Source: Phyllobates terribilis
Lineage: Eukaryota
Direction of reading: 5' to 3'
DNA length: 64,000 bases
Assembly (NCBI RefSeq): GCF_046119375.1
Contig: NW_027362761.1
Span: forward strand, 548,328,001 to 548,392,000
Shown one piece after another: positions 49,819 through 62,878 of the stretch. The stretch's first letter is position 1. The number at the start of each line of letters is the position of its first letter. Both the position numbers and the translations under genes were made by a program. The notes under the pieces were generated by a model. It saw only the letters and a list, made by a program, of their open reading frames with translations. It searched no databases and had not been told where the DNA came from.

Positions 49819-51193
49819 CACTGCGTTCCAAATTATTATGCAAAAAGTGTTTAGGAGTGATAAGGGAAGAATTTGTTTGTTTGTCAGTTAAACTCATTGA
49901 TGGTGATGTGTGTCAGGGCTCTTTATATCACTGTAAGCAATTGCAGACACCTGTGCTAATTAGTTTGGCAGGTGTGTCCAATGAAAGGCAAGACTACTTA
50001 AGAAGGTTGTCTCACATTATTAAGCAGCCTACATTTTCTGCCAAAATGGGAAAGAAAAAGGATGTGTCGGCTGCTGAGAATCAACAAATTGTGGAGTGTT
50101 TAGGTCAAGGCATGACTACAATCAACATTGTGCGATGATCAGGATGAAGTGTCTTGGCAATCAAGAAGTATGTAGCTGATTCACAGTACACACGTGTGCG
50201 TGCTGATAAGGGCAAATTGAGGACTCTTTCCTACAGGCAATTATGTCAGGTTGAAAGAGCAGCTGCAAAAAAGTCTTGTCATAGCAGCAGACAAGTTTTT
50301 GAAGCTGCTTGTGCCTCCAACGTCCCCCGAACAACAAGATGCAGGGTCCTTCAGAGGTTTGCAGCTGTGCATACGCCATCCTGTCGACCTCCTCTATCCA
50401 CTTCACACAAGCAGAAACGGCTCCAGTGGGCCAAATATTACATGAAGACTGATTTCAAAACTGTTTTGTTCACGGATGAGTGCCGTGCAGCGCTCGATGG
50501 TCCAGATGGATGGAGTGGAGGATGGCTGGTTGATGGACACCCCACGCAAACACGGCTACAGCGCCAACAAGGAGGAGGTGGAGTAATGTTTTGGGCTGGA
50601 ATCATGGGGAGAGAGATTGTCGGCCCCTTTAGGATCCCTGAAGGCACTAAAGATGAACTCCATAATGTATGTGGATTTTCTCAAACAGCACTTCCTGCCA
50701 TGGTTCAAGAAGAAGAACCGTGTATTTCACAGCAAGATCATTTTTCTGCATGATAATGCACCATCTCATGCTGCACATAAAACATCTGCATCTCTGGCTG
50801 ATATGGGCATAAAAGGGGACAAACTTATGGTGTGACCCCCATGCTCCCCTGACCTGTACCCCATTCAGAACCTTTGGAGCATCATTAAAAGGAGTGTCTA
50901 TGATGGCGGGAGGCAGTTCACATCTAAGCAACAGCTCTGGGAGGGTATTCTGTCCTCATGCAAAACAATTGAAGCAGAAACCATCCAAAAACTGACAAAT
51001 TCAATGGACGAGAGAGTTCAGAAGCTCCTTTCGAACAAGGGGTCCTATGTGAAAATGTAACATCACCTAGAATAAAGTTTTGAGTTGAAAACTGTTTGAT
51101 TTCAGTTTCTAACAACCTGCTAATGCTTATAATTTCAAAAATGACCATTTTTTTGGTCTTTATTAAAATGAAAAGGTTGATCGAAAAGTTTGG
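49819..51193 (+). mobile_element. Tc1 remnant in copy 2
   Basis: Same as 38491-39865. Confidence 0.9.
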
Positions 51194-51518
51194 GGGATCT
51201 AAGAGTGTGGCAACCCAGTAGTCATGATTACTTCGAATTCTGACAATATGAGGGTCATGCTGCAGGTAGTGCAGCAAGAAGGCACTTATGTGTCTTGCGC
51301 ATCTCGGAGCCCCAAAATTATTTTCCGGGCTAGATGCAGCTAAAAATTATTATTAATTTTAAATCTGGTGAAGCTTTAGTATAGATGGCCTAATAGAATC
51401 AGTGCTGCACACTGCTACAAAGCCCAAATTATTTTCCAGCCAAGATACAGATAAACATGATTAGTAATTTGAAAGCTTAAAACGGTTGGTAGGGTGATTT
51501 TAACCAATCATCAAGCTT

Positions 51519-54500
51519 TTACTCTCCCCAGGATGACACAGGGGTAGAAAAGTCATTTCGGATCCATGATTTGTTCATCTTTATGAACGTGAGTCTGTCT
51601 ACATTATCAGTGGAGAGCCGCGTGCGCTTATCTGTCAGCACACCACCAGCAGCGCTGAACACACGTTCAGACAGAACGCTGGCTGCGGGGCATGACAAGA
51701 TCTCCAAGGCGTAAGGGGCTAGCTCCGGCCATTTATCCAGATTGGAAGCCCAAAAAGAGCAAGGGTCCAGTGACACAGTCGTGGCTTCAATGTTTACTTG
51801 GAGATACTCCTGTACCATCGTCTCTAGGCGTTGACTATGTGTCAGACTTCTTGTCTCCTGTGGCCTTGCAAAGGATGGGCTAAAAAGTGGTGAAATGATT
51901 CCGCAAAATTGATGTTACCAGCAGATACTGTGGTTCTGTTACGGTTTGAGTGCTGAACACTTGACGGTCCCACGGTTGGCAAGTTGGAACTGTGAGATTC
52001 ACTACGTGCACCACTGGTATTTTGTGGAAAAGCACATGTAAGATTCTGCAACAGTCTCTGCTGATACTCCTGCATGCGTGCATCCATTTCTATGGCAGGA
52101 ATAATTTCTGCAAATTTACTTTTGTACCGGGGATCTAACAGTGTGGCAACCCAGTAGTCAGGATTATTTCTAATTCTCACAATTCGAGGGTCATGTTGCA
52201 GGTAGTGCAGCAAGAAGGCACTCATGTGTGTTGCGCATCCAGGAGCACCAAGTCCCTGTTGTGTTGGTGGCGAGGTAACAATCATGTTTCCTTCCTCTGT
52301 CCTCTCCCCCCAACCTCGCACAACAGAAATGTGATCAAGGTCTCCCTCATCTGATGAGTCTTCCATCAGTTCGTCCTCCACTTCTTCCTGGGCTCCTGCA
52401 CCTTCCTCACTAGTTTGGCTGCTACCATGCGCCCTGGTAAAACCATCTCCCCCACCCTCACATGCCTGCCGCCTTGGTGCTGCTGACCGTCTGGACCTTG
52501 CAGATGTTAGCCCTTCCGCATACAACTCCTCCTCCTCTACTTCCTCCACCTCCTCTTGTGCCACCACCTGACTCCGAATTCTGTTTAACATGTGCTCCAG
52601 CATGTAAATCACCGGAATAGTCATGCTGATAATGGCATCGTCAGCACTAAACATCTTCGTCACCATTTCAAAACTGTGCAGAAGGGTGCATAGGTCCCTG
52701 ATCTGAGACCACTCCTCCAGCGTGATTTGCCCCACCTCTGAATCTCGTTGGCCCAGGCTATACGTCAGAACGTATTGCACCAGGGCTTGTCGGTGCTGCC
52801 ACAGTCGCTGCAACATGTGCAGAGTTGAATTCCACCGGGTAGGCACATCGCATTTTAGCCGGTGAAGTGGCAGGCCCAACGACTTCTGTAGAGATGTAAG
52901 TCGCTGAGCTGCGGGATGCGAACGGCGGAAGTGAGCACACAGCGACCGTGCCCTCTGCAGAAGGCCATCTAGTTTGGGCTAGTGGGCTAAAAATTGCTGG
53001 ACAACCAGGTTCAACACGTGAGCCATACAAGGCACGTGTGTGACATTGCCCCGGCGAAGGGCCGCACCCAGGTTTGCAGCATTGTCGCACACGGCCTTCC
53101 CTGGTTTCAGGTCCAGTGGAGACAACCATTCATGAAATTGGTTCTCCAGAGCTGACCACAACTCCTCAGCTGTGTGACTCACATTTCCCAGACATTTCAA
53201 TGTAAAAACCGCCTGATGACATTGAGCCCTACTGCCAGCATAGTAAGGAGGTGTGCAGGATCCCTTCTGCGCAGTTAGAAAGCTTGTGGCATGACCAGAC
53301 AGGCTTTGGGTGCAGGTGGAAGACCGAGAGGAAGTTGAGGAGGCAGAAGCAGTGGAGGAACTTTGACATAAAGAGGATTGACGCACAACTCGTGGGGACG
53401 GCAAGACTTGGACAGCAGCCCCTTGTCCTGCTGTCACCATAGTTACCCAGTGCCCAGTCAGCGACATGTAACGCCCCTGTCCATGCCTACTCGTCCAAGT
53501 GTCTGTGGTGAAATGCACCCTGTCACACACAGAGTTTCTCAAAGAAGCGGTGATGTTGTGTGCGACATGCTGGTGGAGCACAGGCACACCTTTCTTTGAG
53601 AAGTAGTGCCGACTGGGCATCTGGTACTGGGGCACTGCGACGGACATAAGGTCTCGAAAATCCTCTGTGTCCACCAGGTGGAAAGGCAGCATTTCTGTAG
53701 CCAAGAGCTTGCAGATGGTGAAATTCAACATCTTAGCTTTCTCATGGCTAGGAGGAAATGGTCTTTTACTTGCCCACATCTGAGGGACCGAGGGCTGGCT
53801 ATTGTGCTTAGACGGGGTTGATAAGGGTGTCCCCGGCAAACTGCCAGTCTGTGAGGAAGATGCAGGCGGACATGTTAGGTTGCCTTGATCCAAAGGTGGT
53901 GCTATCGATGTCGGACAGCGCTCAACACCAGCTGGTGTTACCACCTCCAAAGAAAATGATGACCTGCCAATCACGCTGGCTGTTGCGGGTAAAGAGGTGG
54001 CAGGTCTGCGCCCCAAAATAGGTGTGACTGCTGTCCCCCCAGTCACAGAGGATGAAGAGGCCGCGGATGCACAAGACATGGCAGACGGTGGTTGGCCCGG
54101 CCGGCTAGGCCGCATTGTAGCACACTGAGCTTCCCACTGCAACTTATGCTTCATGTCCATGTGCTGGTTCATGCATGAAGTACTCAAACTATGTATTTTT
54201 TGGCCTCTACTTAGCTTTTGCTGACAAATGTTACAGATAACACGAGTTGGGTCATCTTTATCGATCTGAAAAAATGCCCAGGCTATGCAAGGCTTAGCAC
54301 CCATGCGACCTGAAGAGCCACCACGACTTGTGGTGAGAGGCAGAGTTGTGTTTGAGGATGCAGTTGTTGACGTGCTTCCAGTACTACGTCTCTGTCCAGG
54401 AAAACACAACCTGACCTCGTCGTCACTAGCATCTTCCTCCACCTCCTCTGCTGACCTCATCTCTTGGCTGACTGTGGGTTGACAGCAAGTGGGATCTCCA

Positions 54501-55219
54501 ACCTCATCATCATCACCCTGTGCGTTATCACACCCGTCGTCCTCAGAGCCAACCTGTTCCTGCCCTGACAAAAAACTAAAGTTGTCGCTCCAATCAGGTA
54601 TTTGAGTCTTATCATCGTCTTCCTCATTGTCTCCACCAACAGGAGTTACAGTTTGGGAATGAGGGTCTACATTATGGTCAGAACCTTCTGCGTCTGGTCC
54701 TGGATCCGACTCATAAAGATTCTGGGCATCAGTGCAGATCATTTCCTCGTCTGGATTCACAGAAGCGCTGGAGTCGACCTCTGATTCCCAGGCTATAGTA
54801 TGAGTAAACAGCTCTGCAGACTCAACCATCTGTTCTACCTCATACTCAGACGGGCAGCTGGAGATTTGGGAGCTGTGAGGAAGCAAGTGCGATTGGGGTG
54901 ACACCTTTGAGGACTGGAGTATTTGTGATGTTGAAGTTGATGTGGAGGAGAGCCCACTTAAAGGAGCACTTGATATCCGTTGAAGCACCTGCTGTTTTTG
55001 TGCCTCATCTGGAATTTGTAGCGATTGGCGTGGCCGTAAGAAAGGGATCTTATCACATTGTCCGCTAAAAGAAGTAGACATTTTAGGTTGGCTGGAAGAT
55101 GGTCTTTCTTCTGCAGATGTTACTGTTGCTTTAACACCTACCCCACAGACACAACCTTTTTCCCCTTCCCAACAAGCCTATTCTCCTTTCCACCAGAAGC
55201 AGGCCTTTTTCCACTCATT
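51519..55219 (-). pseudogene. hAT family B transposase, copy 2 (frameshift near the N-terminus, stop at 52979, frameshift near 51882)
   Basis: ORFs 52979-55081, 51842-52879, 51519-51818 are nearly identical to copy 1. Confidence 0.96.
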
Positions 55220-55327
55220 TTGGTGGTTAACTAATTCACAACTCTGGAGTTGTTTGCACAAAAAAACAATGGATGGGAACCGAGCAGAGCTGAGTGGCCA
55301 AACTGTGGTATTAGGCCAAAACTATTG

Positions 55328-57664
55328 GCTGGGTTAGATGCAGAAAAAAATTATATTCAATTTGCAACCTGATGGAGGTCTGTATAGATGGATTAATAGA
55401 ACAAGTCCCACACACAGCTAGAAGCCCAATATTTTTTCAGAGGTAGATGCAGAAAAAAATATATTCAGTTTGCAACCTGATGGAGGTCAGTATAGATGGA
55501 CTAATAGAACAAGTCCCACACACAGCTAGAAGCCCAATATTTTTTCAGAGGTAGATGCAGAAAAAAATATATTCAGTTTGCAACCTGATGGAGGTCTGTA
55601 TAGATGGATTAATAGAACAAGTCCCACACACAGCTAGAAGCCCAATATTTTTTCAGAGGTAGATGCAGAAAAAAATATATTTAGTTTGCAACCTGATGGA
55701 GGTCTGTATAGATGGATTAATAGAACAAGTCCCACACACAGCTAGAAGCCCAATATTTTTTCAGAGGTAGATGCAGAAAAAAATATATTCAGTTTGCAAC
55801 CTGATGGAGGTCTGTATAGATGGATTAATAGAACAAGTCCCACACACAGCTAAAAGCCCAATATTTTTTCAGAGGTAGATGCAGAAAAAAATATATTCAG
55901 TTTGCAACCTGATGGAGGTCTGTATAGATGGATTAATAGAACAAGTCCCACACACAGCTAGAAGCCCAATATTTTTTCAGAGGTAGATGCAGAAAAAAAT
56001 ATATTCAGTTTGCAACCTGATAGAGGTCTGTATAGATGGATTAATAGAACAAGTCCCACACACAGCTAGAAGCCCAATATTTTTTTAAAAGTAGATGCAG
56101 AAAAAATATATTCAGTTTGCAACCTGATGGAGGTCTGTATAGATGGATTAATAGAACAAGTCCCACACACAGCTAGAAGCCCAATATTTTTTCAGAGGTA
56201 GATGCAGAAAAAAATATATTCAGTTTGCAACCTGATGGAGGTCTGTATAGATGGATTAATAGAACAAGTCCCACACACAGCTAGAAGCCCAATATTTTTT
56301 CAGAGGCAGATGCAGAAAAAAATATATTCAGTTTGCAACCTGATGAAGGTCTGTATAGATGGATTAATAGAACAAGTCACACACACAGCTAGAAGCCCAA
56401 TATTTTTTCAGAGGTAGATGCAGAAAAAAATATATTCAGTTTGCAACCTGATGGAGGTCTGTATAGATGGATTAATAGAACAAGTCCCACACACAGCTAG
56501 AAGACCAATATTTTTTCAGAGGTAGATGCAGAAAAAAATATATTCAGTTTGCAACCTGATGGAGGTCTGTATAGATGGATTAATAGAACAAGTCCCACAC
56601 ATAGCTAGAAGCCCAATAATTTTTCAGAGGTAGATGCAGAAAAAAATATTTTCAGTTTGCATCCTGATGGAGGTCAGTATAGATGGACTAATACAACAAG
56701 TCCCACACACAGCTAGAAGCCCAATATTTTTTCAGAGGTAGATGCAGAAAAAAAATATATTCAGTTTGCAACCTGATGGAGGTCTGTATAGATGGATTAA
56801 TAGAACAAGTCCCACACACAGCTAGAAGCCCAATATTTTTTCAGAGCTAGATGCAGAAAAAAATATATTCAGTTTGCAACCTGATGGAGGTCTGTATAGA
56901 TGGATTAATAGAACAAGTCCCACACACAGCTAGAAGCCCAATATTTTTTCAGAGGTAGATGCAGAAAAAAATATATTCAGTTTGCAACCTGATGGAGGTC
57001 AGTATAGATGGAATAATACAAGTCCCACACACAGCTAGAAGCCCAATTTTTTTTCAGAGGTAGATGCAGAAAAAAATGTATTCAGTTTGCAACCTGATGG
57101 AGGTCAGTATAGATGGTCTAATACAACAAGTCCCACACACAGCTAGAAGCCCAATATTTTTTCAGAGGTAGATGCAGAAAAAAATATATTCAGTTTGCAA
57201 CCTGATGGAGGTCTGTATAGATGGATTAATAGAACAAGTCCCACACACAGCTAGAAGCCCAATATTTTTTCAGAGGTAGATGCAGAAAAAAATATATTCA
57301 GTTTGCAACCTGATGGAGGTCTGTATAGATGGATTAATAGAACAAGTCCCACACACAGCTAGAAGCCCAATATTTTTTCAGCGGTAGATGCAAAAAAAAA
57401 TATATTCAGTTTACAACCTGATGGAGGTCTGTATAGATGGATTAATAGAACAAGTCCCACACACAGCTAGAAGCCCAATATTTTTTCAGAGGTAGATGCA
57501 GAAAAAAATATATTCAGTTTGCAACCTGATGGAGGTCTGTATAGATGGATTAATAGAACAAGTCCCACACACAGCTAGAAGCAAAATATTTTTTCAGAGA
57601 TAGATGCAGAAAAAAATTATATTCAATTTGCAACCTGATGGAGGTCAGTATAGATGGACTAATA
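55328..57664. repeat. 108-bp satellite array, about 21-22 units
   Basis: Reverse complement of the 33003-34262 unit. Confidence 0.95.
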
Positions 57665-58792
57665 GTATGATGCTATGCCCAAAAGATTTTACTTCACTAG
57701 GTGCAGTAAAAAAATTGGTATTCTATACACAGGTGGTATATCTTGCAACACAGATAGGCTACTCCACTGACTAACACACTCTGCAATAGGCCAAAAAGGA
57801 TTAGCTTTGCTAGATTCAGCCAAATGCTGTGAAAAAAACTTGCACAGCACTGGCACAGACCTGCCTGGCAAAAACTGATAGGAAGTGATGTAACCTAGTC
57901 CTGAAAAGGACTCCAATTACAATTAGTCTTTACTCCCACAATCTATCTATTTAAGAGCACAGACCTGCCTGATAAAAGTCATAGGAAATGCTGTAACCTA
58001 GTCCTTAAAAGGACTGCAATCACAACTATTCCCTACTCCCAAGCTATCTGTAGATTTGTGCGAAAATTGGCTTGAAATTAACAAGGTATAGCGCACACAG
58101 CAACAGCGGTGCCGTCTAACACGCAGCTGCAGCAGTGAGAAAATGGTGGCGACGGGGAAAATGGCTTGGTCTTATATTGCAAGGACATGTGACATACACT
58201 GCCAATGACACATGCCCTTGCTTGTGTGAAAAAAAGCACTTCGCTCCGTGTGTGCACTGCTGATAGGCTGACAGATTGCACCTCCCCACTGCAAATGCGG
58301 GAAAGAGAAAAAAAAATGGAGATCTTCATTGTTCCTGCAGAGATCCATCCCCTGCCCCTCCCCCCACCCCGCTGTACACTCAAACTCCGTATTAACATTA
58401 ATTTTCATCATTACTGAGAAAAAATCCAGTTATGATTTTGGTGCATGAACAGTTATCGAACATAACCTCGAACAGCCGAATTTTTCTCAAATTGTTCGTG
58501 TTTGCCGAACCGCTCGAACACCGCCCAAAACAGCTCGAATTTGAGATTGGCGAACAGTTCGAGTAGAACAACTCTCATCTCTACTAAAGAGACAGCGATA
58601 GTTAATTGTTTTTCGCTTAAATAGGAGATAAGGTGCATTACATTAAACGGACACTAAACATAGCACAGAACCTTTCTGCTCCCACTCCACAAACTGCTCA
58701 AATTCAGCTGACGAAGCAGACAACAGATGATGTTGTTGGTTGTCAGACCTTAACTTGGATAGTTCATCAATATATTATTGGTGCAATTCATA

Positions 58793-59878
58793 CAGTGGGG
58801 AAAATATGTATTTGATACATTTGCCGATTTCGCAAGTTTTCCTATCTACAAAGAATGTAGAGGTCTGTAATTTTTATCATAAGTATACTTCAACTGTGAG
58901 AGACAGAATCTAAAAATAAAAACCAGAAAATCACATGGTATGATTAAAAAAAAATTAAATTGCATTTTATTGCATGAAATATGTATTTGATCACCTACCA
59001 ACCAGCAAGAATTCTGGTTCTCACAGACCTTTTTATTTATGAAGCCCTCCTACTATGCACTCATTAGCTGTATTAATTGTACCCGATTGAACTCATTTCC
59101 TGTATAAAAGATATCTGTCCACACACTCAGTCACACTATAACCTTTCCACCATGACCAAGACCAAAGAGCTGTCTAAGGACACCAGATACAAAATTGTGG
59201 ACCTGCACAAGGCTGGGGTACAGGACAATGGGCAAGCACCTTGGTGAGAAGGCAAAAACTCTTGGCACAATTTTTAGAAAACAGAAGAAACACAAGATGA
59301 CTGTCAATCTTCTTCGGTCTGGGGCTATATGCAAGATATCACCTCTTGGGGTAAGGTTGATTATGAGAAAGATCAGGAATTAGCCCAGAACTATACAAGA
59401 GGTCCTGGTCAATGACCTGAAGAAAGCTGGGACCACATTCTCAAACATTACCATTAGTAACACACTACGCCATCATGGAATAAAATACTGCAGGGCTAGC
59501 AAGGCCTGCTCACGCCAGTGCATTTCTATGCCCGTTTGAAGTTCACCACTGACCATCTAGAAGATACCGAGGAGGCATGGGAGAAGGTCATGTGGTCAGA
59601 TGAAACCAAAATAGAACTTTTTGGTATCAACTTCTCTCACCGTATTTGGAGGAGGAAGAAGGATTAGTACAACCCCAAGAACACAATACCAGCTGTGAAG
59701 CATGGTGGGGGAAACATGATACTTTTTGGGTGCTTTTCTGCAAAAGGGACAGTACGACTTCACCACATTGAAGGGAGGATGCATGCGGTCATGTATCATG
59801 AGATTTTGGCCAAAAACTTCCTTCTCTCAGTTAGAGCATTGAAGATGAGTTGTAGCTGGGTCTTCCAGAATGATAATG
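58793..59878 (+). mobile_element. Tc1 element remnant (second family), 3'-truncated
   Basis: TA followed by [37 protein letters not shown]..., [32 protein letters not shown]. Confidence 0.88.
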
Positions 59879-60009
59879 AAGAGGCATGCACCTTTTCATG
59901 AATCAGGAGCATCTGATTTCACCACACTGGTCTGGATGAATCAAGTCCAATTTCTTTAAGAAGATGGCACATCTGTCCAGCTACTTCAGTTAAAAGCTGC
60001 AAATACTGG

Positions 60010-62878
60010 AGAAAACCGAGTACACGGCATAAATAGAAAAAAACTTTATTAAAGGTAGAAAAGTCTTATTAAAAAGTACAGATTACAAATACATGTGAAT
60101 TGCGGAGCATGTCAAAAAATAGAAAACATGGCCATAGTTGCGCTGTAGCCAGGGAGACGAAAAAACCCATGCAAAAAAATTATTCAAGGGAAAAGTCACG
60201 ATGCATCTTATAAATAGATACGTACTCCCTAAGCGCAGGGCTAACAGGGCCTATGTAGACAGTAACACACTGAGATTGGGAGCAAGGAGTATATTACTCA
60301 TGAAGTCAATGAAAATCTGGATACAGAGTATATATACAAAGAACTTTGAAACGTCAAGCAATGAGAAAGTATCCAGAGTATGCATATACAATCCATTATA
60401 GATGACTCTCCAATGTAAACACCAGGGACAAAGAGGACGAGGGGGTGGACTGACAGGGCAGGAGCGAACAGATGGAGGGCCCACAAGCCTCGACGCGCAT
60501 TTCGCGTAAATAGCTTTTTCATGAGGCGTCGCTGGTCCAGAGACTGGCATCTTTTTAAATATCGCGCTCAGAAGGTCACATGTACAGTCATGTGACCGGA
60601 ATAAGATGGCCGCCGACCGGAAGGCATATCCGGTGCATGCGCAGGTGTCACTGTAGCGTCCCGCCCCCCGCTGCGTCTGTGAAGGCAGCGGCGCAACCCT
60701 GGAAGTGCCAGGAAGACAACATCCGGAGCGTCACCGGCGCCATGGAGACAGACTCGCGGGACCGTAGTTGGGTGAGTAGCCCCGCGCATGCGCGCCGCCC
60801 ACCTCAAAGCGCCGCATACAGCTTCCACCATAGCCATAGCTACATATCTACAATAAACACACATCCCACAGTATCATACATTATTATAAATAGAGGTCAG
60901 TGTAAGAAACAATAACATATATCAAAGTTCATATAATAAGATACAGACATTTTAAGGGATTCAATTCCACGGCAGAACGTAGACAGCCAGGTGGGCGGGG
61001 TCCATCAGGGTCGGTCAGTCCTCCCTCTTCTTTTAGTTGGAAAGCGCTTACAGCAAAAGGGGGTATCATAGCCGGAATAAGGATCAGAGATATGTTATAT
61101 ACACTGAATAACAAAGAAATAAAGGAAAAAACCGTTAAAATCAGAAATTAAAATCAAAAGATAAAAATGGGCAAACCACAAATGCTCATCCCGCCATATG
61201 TTATATAGCAGGGACTACAGGAGAGCAGAAAATAGCCAAAAAAGGCGATACAATCAAATGCAACAGGGGGATATAGCAGGTACCCCTCAGTCAGGACAAC
61301 CCATAGCTCATAGGGCTATGGATTAAATCCTGAAAAGAGTGATAGTCAAACACATGAGACGCAGAACAGCATTGTACTAGATCATAGGAATGACGAAAAA
61401 CCCAAATTCTCATTCAGACCCCGCGGTGCCAGGGTATCAAGAATGATGATCCATCTCGCCTCCTTTTGTGCCAGGAGGCGTTTGGCATTCCCACCCCGGG
61501 AGCCGAGACACACTTTATCAATCCCCCGCACCTTAAGTGAACGGGCATCACAATTATGAACGGCCTTAAAGTGCCGGGGTAGTGTCTTCAACTCCTGGGG
61601 AACCGTGGATGTCCGTGCCGCGCCAATGTCCCGTACGTGTTCCCAAACTCTGACTCGAAGCTCCCTAGTAGTTACGCCAACATAAATCAAATTGCACCCA
61701 CACGTGGCAAAATAAACCACATGTGTGGTGCTACAAGAGATAAAGTGGTGGATATCGAACTGGCGGGAGCAATCAGAGTTGGGGAATGACGCACAGCGAA
61801 GGACATTGGCGCAGGCGACACAATGACCACACGGGAATGAACCCACCATGGGACTGCGGGATCCGAACGGATTCGGCCGAGAGGGAACATAGTGGCTAGT
61901 GACCAGAATGTCCCTCAGCGTAGGGGAACGCCGCGGTGTCATGAGCGGGAAATCGCCTATTCGTTCCCGCAGAGAGGGCTTCGTGTTAAGTATGTCCCAG
62001 TGACGAGAGAGGATCCGCCGCATAGTTCCCCACTCATGATTGAATGTGGATATGTAGTGGATCCTCTCTGTTTTATCATGTTTATAAACAGTAGAGGGAT
62101 GTATAAGACGGTCCCTAGGGGTATCACGGGCCCTCCTGTAGCCACGGCCAATAGATCGATTGCTGTACCCACGTTGTTGAAAGCGCTCAGCCAGATCTGC
62201 GGCCTGTTTCTCGAAACTGGAGATAGTGGAGCAGATTCGCCTCATCCTGAGGAATTGGCCGACCGGGACGGCTCTGATGGTAGAAACATCATGAGCTGAA
62301 GTGGCATGTATCAGGGAGTTGACAGCGGTCGGCTTCCTATACACATCCGTCTGGATACGGCCATCATGGTCTACCTCAAGGGTGATATCCAGAAAGTCAA
62401 CTCGCTTCGGATGATAAGTATAGGTAAGCCTGATCGCATGTGTGTTAGAGTTCAACCGTAACATAAAATCGTCAAGCTCCTCCACCGTCCCCTGCCAGAA
62501 AAATAAAATATCATCTATGTATCTCATCCATGACACGACCCGGTCAGTGCCCCGTATCCCCTCGTCGCCAAAAATCTCCCTCTCCCAAGCGCCCAGGAAG
62601 AGGTTGGCATACGAGGGGGCAAAGGCTGTACCCATGGCCGTGCCACGCCTTTGGAGATAAACAGTATCTTTAAAAAGAAAATAATTCTGGCAGAGGACGA
62701 ATTGGAGGAGCTCGAGGATAAATTCCCTAGATGGACCGTCCAGGTCAGAACCCCCTAGGAAGAGGCGAACCGCACTCAGGCCCAGCTCATGGCTGATGCA
62801 GGTGTACAGACTCTCGACATCGGCCGTGACCAGGAGAGTGCCGTCAGTCACAAGGGCGCCGTCAACCCGCGTAAGGAC
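60010..62878 (-). mobile_element. Penelope-like element B (3' part), interrupted by family B copy 3
   Basis: RT-GIY-YIG ORF followed by a GC-rich pLTR-like region with a TATA-like motif and a degenerate hammerhead. Confidence 0.8.
61382..62878 (-). CDS. Penelope RT + GIY-YIG endonuclease, uninterrupted C-terminal ~498 aa (N-terminus cut off by hAT insertion)
   Basis: LVTADVESLYTCI, RRGTAMGTAFAPSYANLFLG, WMRYIDDI, CGHCVAC, VVYFATCGCNLIYVGVT. Confidence 0.92.
   Translation of the reverse strand, partial: VLTRVDGALVTDGTLLVTADVESLYTCISHELGLSAVRLFLGGSDLDGPSREFILELLQFVLCQNYFLFKDTVYLQRRGTAMGTAFAPSYANLFLGAWEREIFGDEGIRGTDRVVSWMRYIDDILFFWQGTVEELDDFMLRLNSNTHAIRLTYTYHPKRVDFLDITLEVDHDGRIQTDVYRKPTAVNSLIHATSAHDVSTIRAVPVGQFLRMRRICSTISSFEKQAADLAERFQQRGYSNRSIGRGYRRARDTPRDRLIHPSTVYKHDKTERIHYISTFNHEWGTMRRILSRHWDILNTKPSLRERIGDFPLMTPRRSPTLRDILVTSHYVPSRPNPFGSRSPMVGSFPCGHCVACANVLRCASFPNSDCSRQFDIHHFISCSTTHVVYFATCGCNLIYVGVTTRELRVRVWEHVRDIGAARTSTVPQELKTLPRHFKAVHNCDARSLKVRGIDKVCLGSRGGNAKRLLAQKEARWIIILDTLAPRGLNENLGFSSFL

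Larger units (their letters stand above)
47046..58583 (-). mobile_element. hAT family B composite element, copy 2 (11,538 bp)
   Basis: Reverse complement of copy 1. TSD CTAAAGAG (47038-47045, 58584-58591). Confidence 0.97.

Noticed and set aside
32084-58583. Copies 1 and 2 as an assembly artefact or inverted segmental duplication
   Set aside because: Each has its own 8-bp TSD and private mutations, and homology stops exactly at the TIRs.
59915-60010. Possible minus-strand exon YLQLLTEVAGQMCHLLKEIGLDSSRPV
   Set aside because: Weak donor, unrecognised peptide, wedged between Tc1 and Penelope remnants.
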